Shown here: piece after piece, positions 11,793-23,375 of the stretch
Numbering within the stretch: position 1 is the first letter of the stretch
How the letters are laid out: every line of letters begins with the position of its first letter
DNA from: Pristiophorus japonicus
Taxonomy: Eukaryota
Direction of reading: 5' to 3'
Assembly (NCBI RefSeq): GCF_044704955.1
Contig: NC_091978.1
Location: forward strand, 269,452,001 to 269,516,000
Length of the DNA: 64,000 bases
The notes under the pieces: generated by a model
What the model was told of the DNA's origin: nothing
Databases searched by the model: none
Seen by the model: the letters and a program-made list of their open reading frames with translations, nothing else
Made by a program: the position numbers and the translations under genes

Positions 11793-13182
11793 ATAAGGAA
11801 CTGTATGGACTATGGGGACTGATAGTGCTATGCTTGACAGGGTTCTGCTTTGCATTATTGAGTATACCAGGGGTACAGACACGCAAACGAAGGGAACTGC
11901 AGGTATTTATGGCTCTGAGTCATAAGTATGCTCAAGAAAGAAACTTGTCTAGTTGCTGGATATGTTCCCAGGTACCTGTCCACTCCGAAGGGGGTATTCC
12001 CCTAAGATCCGTCCCCTTTAACGAATCAGAATGATAGAATGGTTGATAGTGCAAAATAGGACAAACCTAACCAAGGTGTCAGAAACGAAGGATCTAACAG
12101 AATGGAAGTCAGCAGGGTATAAACTTACAACCTTCCAGGGATGGTACCAGCCAAATTATAATAATAACTGTCAGCCACCCTTCCTAAGTATTACTCCCGG
12201 AATAGAAAATCCTGAAGGTATAATATGCCTCGTGAGTAATGAAACTAAGGGACCAGAAATGGGACGCAGCAAGTGTTCCCAAATGACTAAATGTCAAGCC
12301 ACAATATATCCCACTGATGGGAGAAAGATAGCAACCATTAGCTGGACGATGATCCATAACAAAGCCTCAGGTGAAGGGTGGGATGGCGAGACCACTCGAG
12401 TATGGATGGCACAAAAGGACCAGGAGCTGACGTCCTATAATTGCACCTACTTTATTTGTGGCCATAAAGCCTACCCATGGTTACCAGCCAACTGGACAGG
12501 GTCCTGTTACTTAGGATATGTGGTACCCCTTATTAGATCAACAAAGACTCTAAGGGATGCCTATGGGAGTCATAGATTTAAATGGGATTTGACATGGCTA
12601 AATGGAATATTCAAGGTAATGGTGCCACCCTATGGAATAGCATCAACCGAATGGCAGTTACGGGAACTGGCTAATTTAGTCGAATCAGTAGCCAACGCAA
12701 CTTCCCAAGCCTTCAAAGGGGTGAATGATGAAATGGTAGCTATTCAAACAGTGGCTCTCCAAAATAGAATGGCCTTAGATTATCTCCTAGCCAAAGAAGG
12801 AGGGACATGCGCATTAATAGGTGGAGAATGCTGTACAGATATCCCGGATCAGTCAGAAGAAATTGGCAGTCTAGCTGAATACATTAGGAAAAAGTTAAGA
12901 GAGTACAAACAGACAGTTGGCCAGGATGGTACCACCTTGTGGAAGTGGGCATCGGGATGGTTGGGATCCCTAGGGAGATCTGTGGTACAGGGTTTGATCA
13001 TATTCTTGCTGATAGTCTTCGCCCTATATCTTTTATTTGTCCTGGTTAAGTGTTGCTGTGCCAGGTTGGGAAAAACCGTGTTACCTACCGAGACCACGGC
13101 TAGAGTTATGGCAGCGACAACTACTGAAGGTTCTTGTGTGGAAATGAAAATAGATAGACTGTGCAAGATCAGAATGGATTAA
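11708..13182 (+). pseudogene. env: Gamma-type retroviral envelope (about 491 aa if one frameshift near 12030 is corrected)
   Basis: Hydrophobic leader, CWIC (CxxC), YFICGHKAYPWLPANWTGSCYLG, immunosuppressive domain LQNRMALDYLLAKEGGTC, CX6CC (CALIGGECC), TM helix, CCC and tail. Eight N-glycosylation sequons. Candidate splice acceptor TTTTTCGCAG ending at 11534. Confidence 0.93.
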
Positions 13183-13200
13183 GTTGTCCTTGTGAAGGAC

Positions 13201-13212
13201 AAAAGGGGGGAA
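13201..13212 (+). other. ERV polypurine tract
   Basis: AAAAGGGGGGAA immediately before the 3' LTR. Confidence 0.9.
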
Positions 13213-13912
13213 TGTGGAAATGTATTTTTATCTAAGCTGTATCACACTGTATTTTGTACCCTTTTTGATATAAAAAAAATGGAGTGTTGGTCCTTCCAGA
13301 AATTTCAGCAAGTCTGTTTGCATAAATAGCTAAACCTGGCTTGAAATGGCTGATAGCTAATCAATAGCCACCAGTCAGCAGGAGACTATCCTGCTGAGAC
13401 AAGTACCACCCATGGTACTCTCCAATTGTCCATTGCAGCACCAGTTCCACTTCCCCCCCACCCCCTTTTTCGAGATACTCAAACCACCAGCCATTATCTC
13501 TTGTACAGACCTCATCCATTTCATGCAAAAAGATAACTGACCAGGAAACTGGACAATCCTGACACAATGCAATGCCGGTAATAGCTCATTACCACACTCT
13601 CATTGAGTAATGGCTGACTGGCCAACTAATAACCCTGACAAAAGGAAATATTTGGAAACCATGTCAGGACAAGGATGTAGTAATTAACTCTTTATCTGTA
13701 TTCACTGACTGCAAGATAGAGCCAATACATAGGAAGAGGCCATAACTTGGGTTTTTAACTCTATAAATATCTCGTGAAATTGTACCATTTCGAAGGTGTT
13801 CACTTAGCCGTTGACTGAGTGAGATTTTTCCCTTGCTGGCAAGTAAAATTAAAGGAACATCTGCCGGGGCTGAAGGTGTCCAAGTCGTATATTGTGAGTC
13901 GAGATTTCAACA
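13213..13912 (+). repeat. ERV 3' LTR (700 bp)
   Basis: Direct repeat of 5927-6634, ending TTTCAACA and followed by the TSD CCAT. Confidence 0.95.
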
Positions 13913-13916
13913 CCAT

Positions 13917-14739
13917 TTCTCAACAAACAACACATATCATCATTTGGCAGGTGGCTGCTGCACTATATGCCCGGAGGAATGACTACATAAAGTTCCCCAT
14001 GACCGCCCAGGCAGTGTGTGACAGGGCTATGGGCTTCTCCATGATTGCTGGCTTTCCCAAAGTACAGGGCTGCATTGATTGTACCATCAACTTGCGAGCA
14101 CCTTTGGAGGATTCAGAGATATATAGGAACAGAAAAGGCTTTCACTCCATGAATGTGCAGCTCGTCTGTGATGATATGCATCGCACCATGGCAGTTGATG
14201 CGAGAAACCCTGGGAGCACCCATGATGTGTTCATCCTATGCGAGTGCAATATCAGCCATGGTTCAGCAGCAGCAAGAAGGGCCGAGCTGGCTGTTGGGGG
14301 AAACAAAGGGTATGGCTCATGATGCCACTACGCGCAACCTGGCTGGAAGCTGATCGGGAATACAACATGTCGCACATTGCGACGCACAGCATAATAGAGA
14401 GGACCATTGGCATCTTGAAGCAGCGTTTCCGATGCCTGGACCATTCCGGAGGCTAGTTGCAATACTCCCTTGAGATTGTCGGTCAGTTCACTGTTGTGTG
14501 CTGTATGCTGCATAACTTAGCCATGATGAGGCAACAGCAGGTGGTAGTAGAAGACCCACCTGAGGTTATAGGGGCTAACGAGGAGGATGATGCAGATGAC
14601 TAGGAGGAAGAGGAGGACGAGGAAGCCTGCAACTCCTGAACCTGGAGCGGGACGGCAGAGGAGGACAAGCCGTCGTGCCCCTTTATTGATTGCTCGAGCC
14701 TTGCACCAGCAGCTCATCCTTAAACACTTTGCTGCCTGA
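13917..14739 (+). pseudogene. Harbinger transposase, catalytic DDE part
   Basis: GFPKVQGCIDCT, YRNRKGFHSMNVQLVCD, PGSTHD, IERTIGILKQRFRCL, CMLHNLA and an acidic tail. Removing the ERV and one TSD copy restores ...CAISQQ... in frame. Frameshift around the LLGD.GY motif. Confidence 0.92.
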
Positions 14740-15059
14740 AGGCTCAGCGGCAACTAGTCAAAATGGACCATGTTTACTGTTTGGACCTGTTCCGTAATGT
14801 TGTGTTGTGTTAATAATGGAACAAATAATGTAAATGATTCAGTTATAATTTAAAATATATTTTATGCAAAATGTTAACACTTGTTTGTACTTAACTTAAA
14901 TAAAAAATATTCTTGTATTAAACTTTAAAGTTTTCAGTTAAGATCACTTACCATCTTTTAAACTTGTAAATTTACATCACTAACAAAAATCTTTTAATTT
15001 GATAAGTTACTACAGTAACAATAACAACAGCAGCAGCAAAGAAAGGCTGCACCCATCTC

Positions 15060-16632
15060 TCCTCCACCTTATTCTAAGACCACCCACAGCGCTTGGTGAC
15101 TCCATCCCTGCCCGCAGGCAGTGACGCAGCGTTTCTCGGGTTGGTACCAAGCTTATTCTTTCGAGCATCTCGGGTAATGCGCAGTTCTTGTTGGGGAGCG
15201 TGGGCAGGCGGTAATGTGGAAGGCCCAGCTTGGGCCTCTTCAGAGGTTGGTCTGGGATTGGAGTGGGAGTGGCAGTTGATTCAGTCAATGGCCGTGGGAT
15301 CTGGGCATGTTCCCTTATTGCAGCAGCAACTAGCCTCCCTAATGTTGACAGTGTATCAGCTACCTATGACATTCCATTCCTAATGTGCCCGGACCGTGTT
15401 CCCATTTCTCACAAGAGTGTTGTTACTTTTCCCAAGTCCTGATATCTCATCACCAACTCCACTGATGGTGCCCAGGAGTGATCGCATAAGGTCAATGCAC
15501 TCACCACTCATTGCCATCATCTGAGCCACATCTGTTACAACCTGCACCTCAGGAGAGCGCTTGTCATCCCCTCCTCACCCTGGGTGTGGCTCACTACACC
15601 CCTGGTTATGGCTTGCTGCACCCCACTGGAACCCGCAGCCTCGGACAGTGTGAAACCATGCAATGTCCCAACAGTTGCACCACTGAGGAATTGGGCTGGC
15701 ACTTCAATGGGTGGCACCAGCACCTCCTCCAGAGTGAGTACAACAGTGGGGGGCATTCATCCTCCCCCTTCCCCCATGCTCATGGTCTGGAAGGTGGGAT
15801 TGGAAGATGTTCTCCTCTTCAGGTTCGTCCGCGTCTGAATCTTCTTCTGCATCGGTTTCAGCCTCGTCAGGGTTGGCCTCAAGTTCTGCAAAATATAACA
15901 GAACAGACAAATGGTTAGCAGCAGAGGAGGGGGCAGGGTGGTAAGAGTAGGCTCACACAGCGCAGGCAGCAGGCTCACTTGAAGGACCACGATGAATGAT
16001 AGCACATTGCACCACTTGAAGCGTAGTTGACGGAGACATCCCCAGGAACCGAAGCATGGTTAGCCCGCGCAGTACTTAACATTTAGGAAAGCCAGGCTGT
16101 GGAATTTGCGGGACTTGCCCTCTCCTTCGAGTGCGGGCCCAGCTTGTGCAGTGGTGGCTGCTTTTCTCCAGGCAGGACCCATCAAAGCAGCGACCCTCTC
16201 TTCCAAGGGTGTCAGTGGGTGCAGATTTGCCGGGCCTCCTCCTGTTCGAGTTCTCTCTCTTTTGTTGTGTGCCACCTTCCTCTGCAAAGATGAAAATATA
16301 TTTTTTTTTTAAAGAGAGGGAGTCTTTCTGCTGGATGGGACATACAGATGGTCACATTTACAATTGCAATTCCGGTGAATAAATGAAAATATTACTTGCA
16401 CTAAGTGCTTGACTAAGGTCCTGCCATTTCTTTTTGCACTGGCCTTCGGACCTTGGGGCGGTCATCATTGCATAGTAATCTTTTGAAAGTTGGTTCCAAA
16501 GTTTCTTCATTTCTTTTGGTGAAACTTTTGTTTGACCTCTGCTGGTGTTCAGCTCGTGCCATCTGGTCTTACAGTAACCAGGGCCTCCACTTCGTCCTGT
16601 GAGAAATTCTTGGTCCTCGAGCCGCGTTGCAT
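15060..16632 (-). pseudogene. Harbinger Myb/SANT-like DNA-binding protein gene, 3 exons (16632-16400, 16281-16119, 15885 to about 15060)
   Basis: MQRGSRTKNFSQDEVEALV...LWNQL...RSEGQCKKKWQDL, then RKVAHNKRERTRTGGGP...LTPLEERVAALMG, then an acidic exon. Exon phases are compatible. Frameshift in exon 1; 3' end approximate. Confidence 0.85.
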
Positions 16633-18638
16633 ATTGCAGCTTTGATTTTTTTCCCACTTAGAATTAAAATTCTCGCGCACAAAACTGGCTCTTTAAAAAT
16701 GGCTGAATGCAGACCGGGAAGTGTACTGGGCATGCATGTAAAAAACTATTTTTTTTGCGCATGCGCAGAAGTGGGGGGGGGGGGGGGGGGGGTTGCATCC
16801 TTTTCTTGGTACAGACATTAGCATTGGGGGTGGAGCCTAAAGGACAGGCTGCACGGGCCCAATTTCAAAAATTAGAACAGGGAAACTTTAAAGTTTTTTT
16901 TCGTCACAGTCGGGCCCCAAAAAAACGGGCATAACTCTTCAAATACGTCAACAAAACGGCAGAGGAAAATTGAGCCTTTAGATTCAGGTAAAAGCTGAAA
17001 AATCATAAACTTATAAAATATAATTATTAATCCTATTCATGGAAAAATGTGATATTCCACAAATATAAAATTTGTTTTTCAGGGCCAGAACAGGTTTTCA
17101 GCAGTCAGTCAGCCGTTAAAAACCCAGTTACAGCTCTTTCAACAAGGCTTTACGTTTTAGTTTTTTTTTTAATTTAAAAACAGCGATATTCCGTCGTAAA
17201 AGTGGAAGTTTTCACCAGCTCAAGGTGATTTGAGTTGATTGCCGGCTCTGGGGCTTCCACAGCCCAACCTGTGGCGGAGCAGGGAATGACTGAATGCAAT
17301 TTCTGGATTTTTGCATTTGTCTGCGCCTGCACTAAATCCTGAAGTTGCTTTCAGTTTCAGAGGATAATGACGGTGAACACTGACTAAAATCCGGGCAAAT
17401 GTCCCCTCTCCCCCAGCTTTACAGCCAATTAAGAACTTTTGAAGTGTAGTTACTGTTCTGATATAGGCCTACTCCTGAAGGATACAAAATATACATTAAC
17501 TGTAACCCGCAGCCATAACACTTACCTTTGCTGACCATGTGAGGTCTTTGAATCTTGCTCTGCATTTGAAAGGGGTCCTGAGGGGTTACAGAGTTTCCAC
17601 TCACTCCCATGCCACTTTCATCTACATAGTCGTGGCTACTTAATTGACAGGTACTTGCCATTCACTCCAATTATACAATCCCCTCCCACCAAACCCCTCT
17701 CAAATTCAGTTAAACAATATTTGCATTACTCCAAGAAGTTTGAGGTTTCTCACCTTCCTGTCTTTTTTGAGCCATGGTTTCAAATTGTTGCATGCTACTA
17801 CTGCATAAAGAACCAGCTTCAAATCCAGCAGCTATGCCCTTAAGTGTTTATTTAGCATTCTCCTCCTCCTATTTCCCAGGACCCCTGCTGTAACTGGCCA
17901 ATTGTTGGCAGGACATGCACCCGTCTCATCCAGCCATATTGAAATATTTCTGATTGGGACGGTGGCAGGCCGATTGGCAAACAGATGTCCCGCTCCACTG
18001 CACTTACAACAGCACATCACAGTACTCAAAATTTCTCATTTGAAGAAAATAGCTCCTATAACTAAATAACTTTTACTCTAGCTCCCAGAGTGACCAACGC
18101 TGCAGAGATCAGTTATGCCACACCACATTTTGCAATATTACCCCACACTACATTATTAGTTCTGGGTGTAACACAGATCTGGGTTGTCATTTAGGTAACT
18201 AGTGCACAGCCTCAAGATACCCACCAATGTGGCAACAAGAAATCTTGGCTAACTATATAAAGATAACAAAATTATAAAGTGACTGGAACTTGCAGAAACA
18301 TAAATGTAAAGTAATACATTAAAATCATTTAATTCAAATCATGAGTTTTTAATTAAATACATTTACAAACTTTTCAATTACTTCATGCATAATGCAGAAT
18401 GAGGGATGTAAATAAGCCTTTTCAACTACAGAATACAGCAGTTACCTTAGCAAATAGAATCTCTTCAGGCAACCTCGCAATGCCATATATATACACACAC
18501 ACACATACTATACAGTAAATAGTAAAAGTGCAGTAAGTCAAAACAGACAGAACAAACAAATGAACTATTATTACAGCAATGCTTGTAAAATAAAGACCAC
18601 ATTCAAAAAGTACACAGCTTACTGTGTCTAAATTTGAT

Positions 18639-19189
18639 TGGCCAGAATTTGCTGAAAACGGCATCTCGCCTTCAGCCTCCCTTTTTTGGGGAACTTGCTG
18701 TATTTGCTCACGAATCTCACCACAGAAAGTTAAGTCTCATCAGTACCAGTGTAAATACCCTTTAAGGGTGTGATAAGTATTAATTACTGTCAATCAACCT
18801 CTCTGGCACCGTAAATTAACTCTTACAAGTATCTCATTCCTTCAGGTTTTGAATTTTTCAAGATTTTTAAAATGTCAATTTTAATTTGTTTTTTTTCTCT
18901 CATTCTTAATCCCATCTTTCTTTCCCTCTCTATTTCTCTTTCTGTTCTTGATTTGACATTGAATTCACCCACTCCAATTCATCCTCTTGGTCAGTCCTTC
19001 TTGTGTTTATTTCCCAATCCTTAAATCTCATTGGTTAAGGAGATACCATGTTGGTAGCTCTATCCATTCAGGTCCCAGATGCTCGCACTTCTAGCAACTT
19101 CATGGGAAAAAGTATTTTGAGTTGAATGGTGTAGAGGCAAGTCTAATGGCAAATGTCACTGGATGCCCTACTACAGTAAATTCTGGACC
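18639..19189. mobile_element. Non-autonomous TIR element (Harbinger-like MITE)
   Basis: Imperfect TIRs TGGCCAGAATTTGCTG and CAGTAAATTCTGGACC; no coding capacity. Confidence 0.55.
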
Positions 19190-19629
19190 GGTAACTTAAA
19201 TTTAGATTTTTTAAATCCAGGTAAAATACTAAAAGGAAAAAAATTACATCTCAATTTTTTTTTTTTTAAAAAGACACCCATTTTATTCTTTACATAATTG
19301 TTGGTAGCCATGTAAAACAATTTATTACTTGCAAAACAAGTAAAGGAGAATGTCAAGTTTTGACACAATATATCATTACAGCATTTACAAATAGTTAGGA
19401 TAAACTGAAATAAAAAAGGCAACAGTAAAAGGCCAAAATAACAGTGTCAACAACAAAATGTTCAGAATTAAAACTTTACTCCTTTAATCTAAATTTCTTA
19501 TTTTATATCACTCATTTTATATATGAGTGATATAAAATGACAATATTCCATTATCACACACAATAGTATGATGGCAAATTTACAACCAACGAGTCAATCA
19601 CCTGCACCATTGCACACAATGAGTATGAT

Positions 19630-20155
19630 CAAGTGTACAGAACCTTGGTCAGATCGTTTCTGGAGTACTGGGCACCGTACCTCAAGGAAAATATATTGGC
19701 CTTGAAGGGGGTGCAGTGCAGATTCACCAGAATGATAAATTACGAGGACAAGTTGTATAAACTTGGTTTGTATTCCCTTTGTGTATAGGGGATTAAGAGA
19801 TCTGATTGAGATGTTTAAACTGTAAAGAAGATTCAATAGGGAAGATACAGAGTAACTATTTCCTGTGGTAGGGGAAATCAAGAATGAGGGATCATCATCT
19901 TACAATTAGAGCTAGGACATTTAGGAGGGAAATTAGTAAGCACTTTTTCCAAAGGGTAGTAGAAATCTGGAATTCGGAGGATGCTGGGACAGTTGGAACT
20001 TTCAAGACTGAGACCGATGGATTTTTGATAGCTCCGTATCATTGGTACCCTTTCTTAAGGCAGGTAAGTGAAGTTGAGATTATAGATCAGCTATGATCTA
20101 ATTTAATTGCAGAACAGGCTTGAAGGACTGAATGGCTTATTCCTGTTCTGATGTT
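19630..20155 (+). mobile_element. Old CR1 3' fragment
   Basis: Degenerate ORF2 C-terminus (HFFQRVVEIWNS) plus CR1 3' UTR. Confidence 0.75.
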
Positions 20156-20821
20156 CTCCCAAGTGCAGTATTCAAGTCAAGCAGGATTAGAGGGTAGGGA
20201 TCATTGGACCGAGGTGAGGAAGAGACTACAGGTAGAGAGAGCGAGAAAGAGCAGAGGGAGGAATGGAATTTGGAAAGAGGGTAATGGAGGAGCAGAGCTG
20301 GAGTTAAAATGGAAAACAATTTCAATGCGGAAGTGAAGTCTGGCTAAAACAACAAGGACATGCTTATTTGCAACAGAAAAATGCTCTGATGTGATCAAGG
20401 CGATCCAATGACCCAATTGCTGACTGTGTTTTGTCCTCCAAGGTGACCAACCAGCAGTTTCTCTGGAATGTGTAATTAGAACCGCCCTGCCTACGTAATC
20501 AGTGGCTTTGCAAAGCGTAATTTGAGCCATTCTGACAGCGGACTCCAGACAGAAGCGAGCTCACTCGCACTTGAACCCCTCCCCCCCCACGTTCCTGCCT
20601 CATCCCCCAGCCCAAGTTCCTAACATCCTCCAATCCAAGTTCATGCCTCATCCCTGCCCATGTTGCTGACGCCCCCCCCCCCCCGCTACATGTTCCTGCC
20701 CCATCCCTTCCCAAGTTCCTGACAACCCCCTAGCCCATGTTTCTGATCTTACCCCCCAAACCATAGTTGGGGCATTGTGTGTAGGTCATGGGATGGAGCA
20801 GGAACTTGGGCTAGGGTATGA

Positions 20822-21158
20822 AGTGTGTGGTGGTGTGTGGTGTCGTGGTGTGACGTATCGCGGTGCGTGTGTGAGAGTGGTGGCGGGTGTGAGAGTGTGG
20901 TGGCGCGTGTGAGAGAGTGGTGGTGCGCGCGTGTGAGAGTGGTGGTGCGCGCGTGTGAGAGTGGTGGCGCGCGCGTGTGAGAGTGTGGTGGCGCGTGTGA
21001 GAGTGTGGTGGCGCGTGTGAGAGAGTGGTGGTGCGCGCGTGTGAGAGTGGTGGCGCGCGCGTGTGAGAGTGGTGGTGCGCGCGTGTGAGAGTGGTGGCGC
21101 GCGTGTGAGAGTGGTGGCGCGCGCGCACGAGAGTGGTGGCGCGCGCGCACGAGAGTGG
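20822..21158. repeat. CpG-rich minisatellite, unit about 20 bp (GTGTGAGAGTGGTGGCGCGC)
   Basis: About 14 variant tandem units are visible directly in the sequence. Confidence 0.92.
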
Positions 21159-22100
21159 TCTCCCTCTCTCTTTCTTCCCCACCCCCCCCCCGCACTTCAC
21201 AGGAAGACCTGAAAAAATACAATCACTGGTGTGAGAGTGGAGTGGCATCCAAGGGCAATTCTAAAATCAGCTGAGTAGATAAAACTTTTCAAAATCAGGG
21301 TAGGGTTGTTTCAAACTACATATAAAATAATCACAGTGATCACAATTACAAAAAATATTTGAACATCACGTCATACTCAAAGGAAGTTTAGTGCAGAACT
21401 ACTTGGTGGCCACGGTATGGAGCATGTACATTCACATTATCGGTATAAAATATTAGTTCATTTTAGCAGCTAATGTTATGTGACATTTAATATTGGAACC
21501 ATCCAGTACACTGCCAATGTTCAGGAGTAATAGCTGTTGCAATAGGAATGTAAACATTGTTAAAATGAGAAATTCCATAAGGGAGTTGACAAAAATCAAC
21601 AAAATTCAAAACACTTTTTGATGAAATTTCAAATGGAATGAGGTAACCCATCTACAGATTTCAATATATATCAGATGTAAAAGACAACACTGCAACCAAA
21701 ACAACTATTCACTTACCACTACTGCTGCAAATGGCTGTAGGCAAGCACTCTGGCAGTAAAACTCTACTTACAATCTGCTATAATGAACTGAACTGGGCTT
21801 GTATTCTGGACTGGCCAGAGAATTCAGAGAATTAAGAGATTTTGAAATGGTGTATTTATATCAACTAATGGGCTAAATATTCACAGCAATTGGGGAAAGT
21901 ACTATTTTGGTCCAGTAAAATCCTATGAAAATATTTAATCCCCATATGGGGAATTTTCTAACATGTTTGCTGATCATTTTAGTTTGAGAGCTATTTCATG
22001 ATGTTGGACCATCCTCCATAATGGTCATAGAAATGTCACAGGAGAGAGACAAATACAACTGGTATGTAAACAGATAAAACAATGGGTAACAGTAAAGTAC

Positions 22101-22110
22101 TTTATTTATT
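22101..22110 (-). terminator. Candidate MSMO1 polyadenylation signal (overlapping AATAAA)
   Basis: TTTATTTATT on the plus strand, 1.27 kb past the stop. Other AATAAA sites at 22175-22180 and 22660-22665. Actual usage unknown. Confidence 0.4.
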
Positions 22111-23375
22111 CCACAAATAGGATCAGCTTCATAATTTATGAAGCATAATTAATCTCTCTATGTTTTTCTGTTTCTTTATTGTATATCCTTTACACATCAC
22201 TGTATAATAAGTGAAGACGATACCAGAAATGCACACATCTCATGTACAAATAAAATAAAATGCCTTTTGACTCTGGTTCCAAGTTTTTTAACCTGCCACT
22301 GCTGCATCGGGAAATACTTTTTTGGGGAGATGCAAATCAAATACAGATAGATTTTTCAATGTATTTTGGAGTTCAGATAAAATTCTAATTTGCAGACTAC
22401 ACAAGATGATATTTGGTTATGAACAAACCCAAAAGTCAACATACTACACCAATGTTTATATGAAAATGCTAAAAAAAAAGGAAAACTGTAAAATCAAACA
22501 AAATTCAAACCACTTTTTGAATAAAAACTGAACAAACATCACAAGTTACTTCTTTAACAATTCATGTTTTACACCCAATTTGATGGCACAAATGGGAAAA
22601 ATGGAGATATATCAATTCCATTAAATCCCAGTGATACAATCTCATCAATGTTCTCAGGTTTTATTATTAAATACTGACAACAGGGAAAACATTATGGATA
22701 AAACATACATTTACCAAGAATATAGACATCACATGTCTGCAAATTAATCCAGTTTAAGGAAAATTTTCTTTCATAGCTGGGCAGCTAATTCTAAACATAG
22801 TATATATGTCTGTGGAGGGTGCTGTGTATGTCCACACCCAAGACATCTAAATGATTATTAATCAAAGTGGTCCAAAACAATGTAACTGCTGATTTAACTT
22901 AAATACAGGCTTTAGTCCCATTAAGGTGCATTATGTTACAGTAACACTCAAAAAAACCATTCAAATTTCTGAATAATTAGAAGCGTCAGCGCAGCACATT
23001 GTGCCACATTTACTTTTATACTGTAACTCTTTTTTTTGATTTGGTGAATCTGTTATAGAACAGTAGCAACTGGTCAAGTATGAGGAGATGTCAACTCCTT
23101 GGACTTCAGGAGGTGGAATTCCTACCTTCACATATCTAAGGTCTCTGGAGCTACACAAGTGATATAAACTGATGATGCAATACAGCTGGCACAAAAAGTT
23201 CCAGCACAGCCTAAATAATACTTCAGCAGGAGCTGACTCAGGGGAGCCTTAGTAGAAGCCCAGGTCATTACATGCCATATTCTCATAATCTCAGTGAATG
23301 GTTATCAATACTCCTGACCTGAATCAGAACCTTAGAAGGAAGATTGTTCAATGGTGTGTGACACACTGATGGACT

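Larger units (their letters stand above)
5927..13912 (+). mobile_element. Class I (gamma/epsilon-like) endogenous retrovirus, internally deleted provirus
   Basis: Two TG...CA LTRs, 4-bp TSD CCAT (5923-5926 and 13913-13916), tRNA-Gln PBS, PPT, gag matrix remnant, RNase H/integrase remnants and gamma-type env. Confidence 0.96.
4541..16978 (+). mobile_element. PIF/Harbinger DNA transposon, formerly autonomous, interrupted by an ERV
   Basis: TIRs AGGCTCAATTTTCCCC (4542-4557) and GAGGAAAATTGAGCCT (16962-16977). Probable 3-bp TSD CAG/TAG. Convergent transposase and Myb/SANT genes. About 4.45 kb once the ERV is removed. Confidence 0.88.

Noticed and set aside
5554-14739. Domesticated host gene HARBI1 (and NAIF1 for the Myb gene)
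   Set aside because: TIRs, a probable TSD, the convergent two-gene layout and several disablements indicate a transposon copy.
20822-21158. CRISPR-like array
   Set aside because: The units are tandem with no unique spacers, and the context is eukaryotic.
20749-21248. His/Thr/Arg-rich ORFs of 145-157 aa
   Set aside because: They are translations of the minisatellite, with no splice or homology support.
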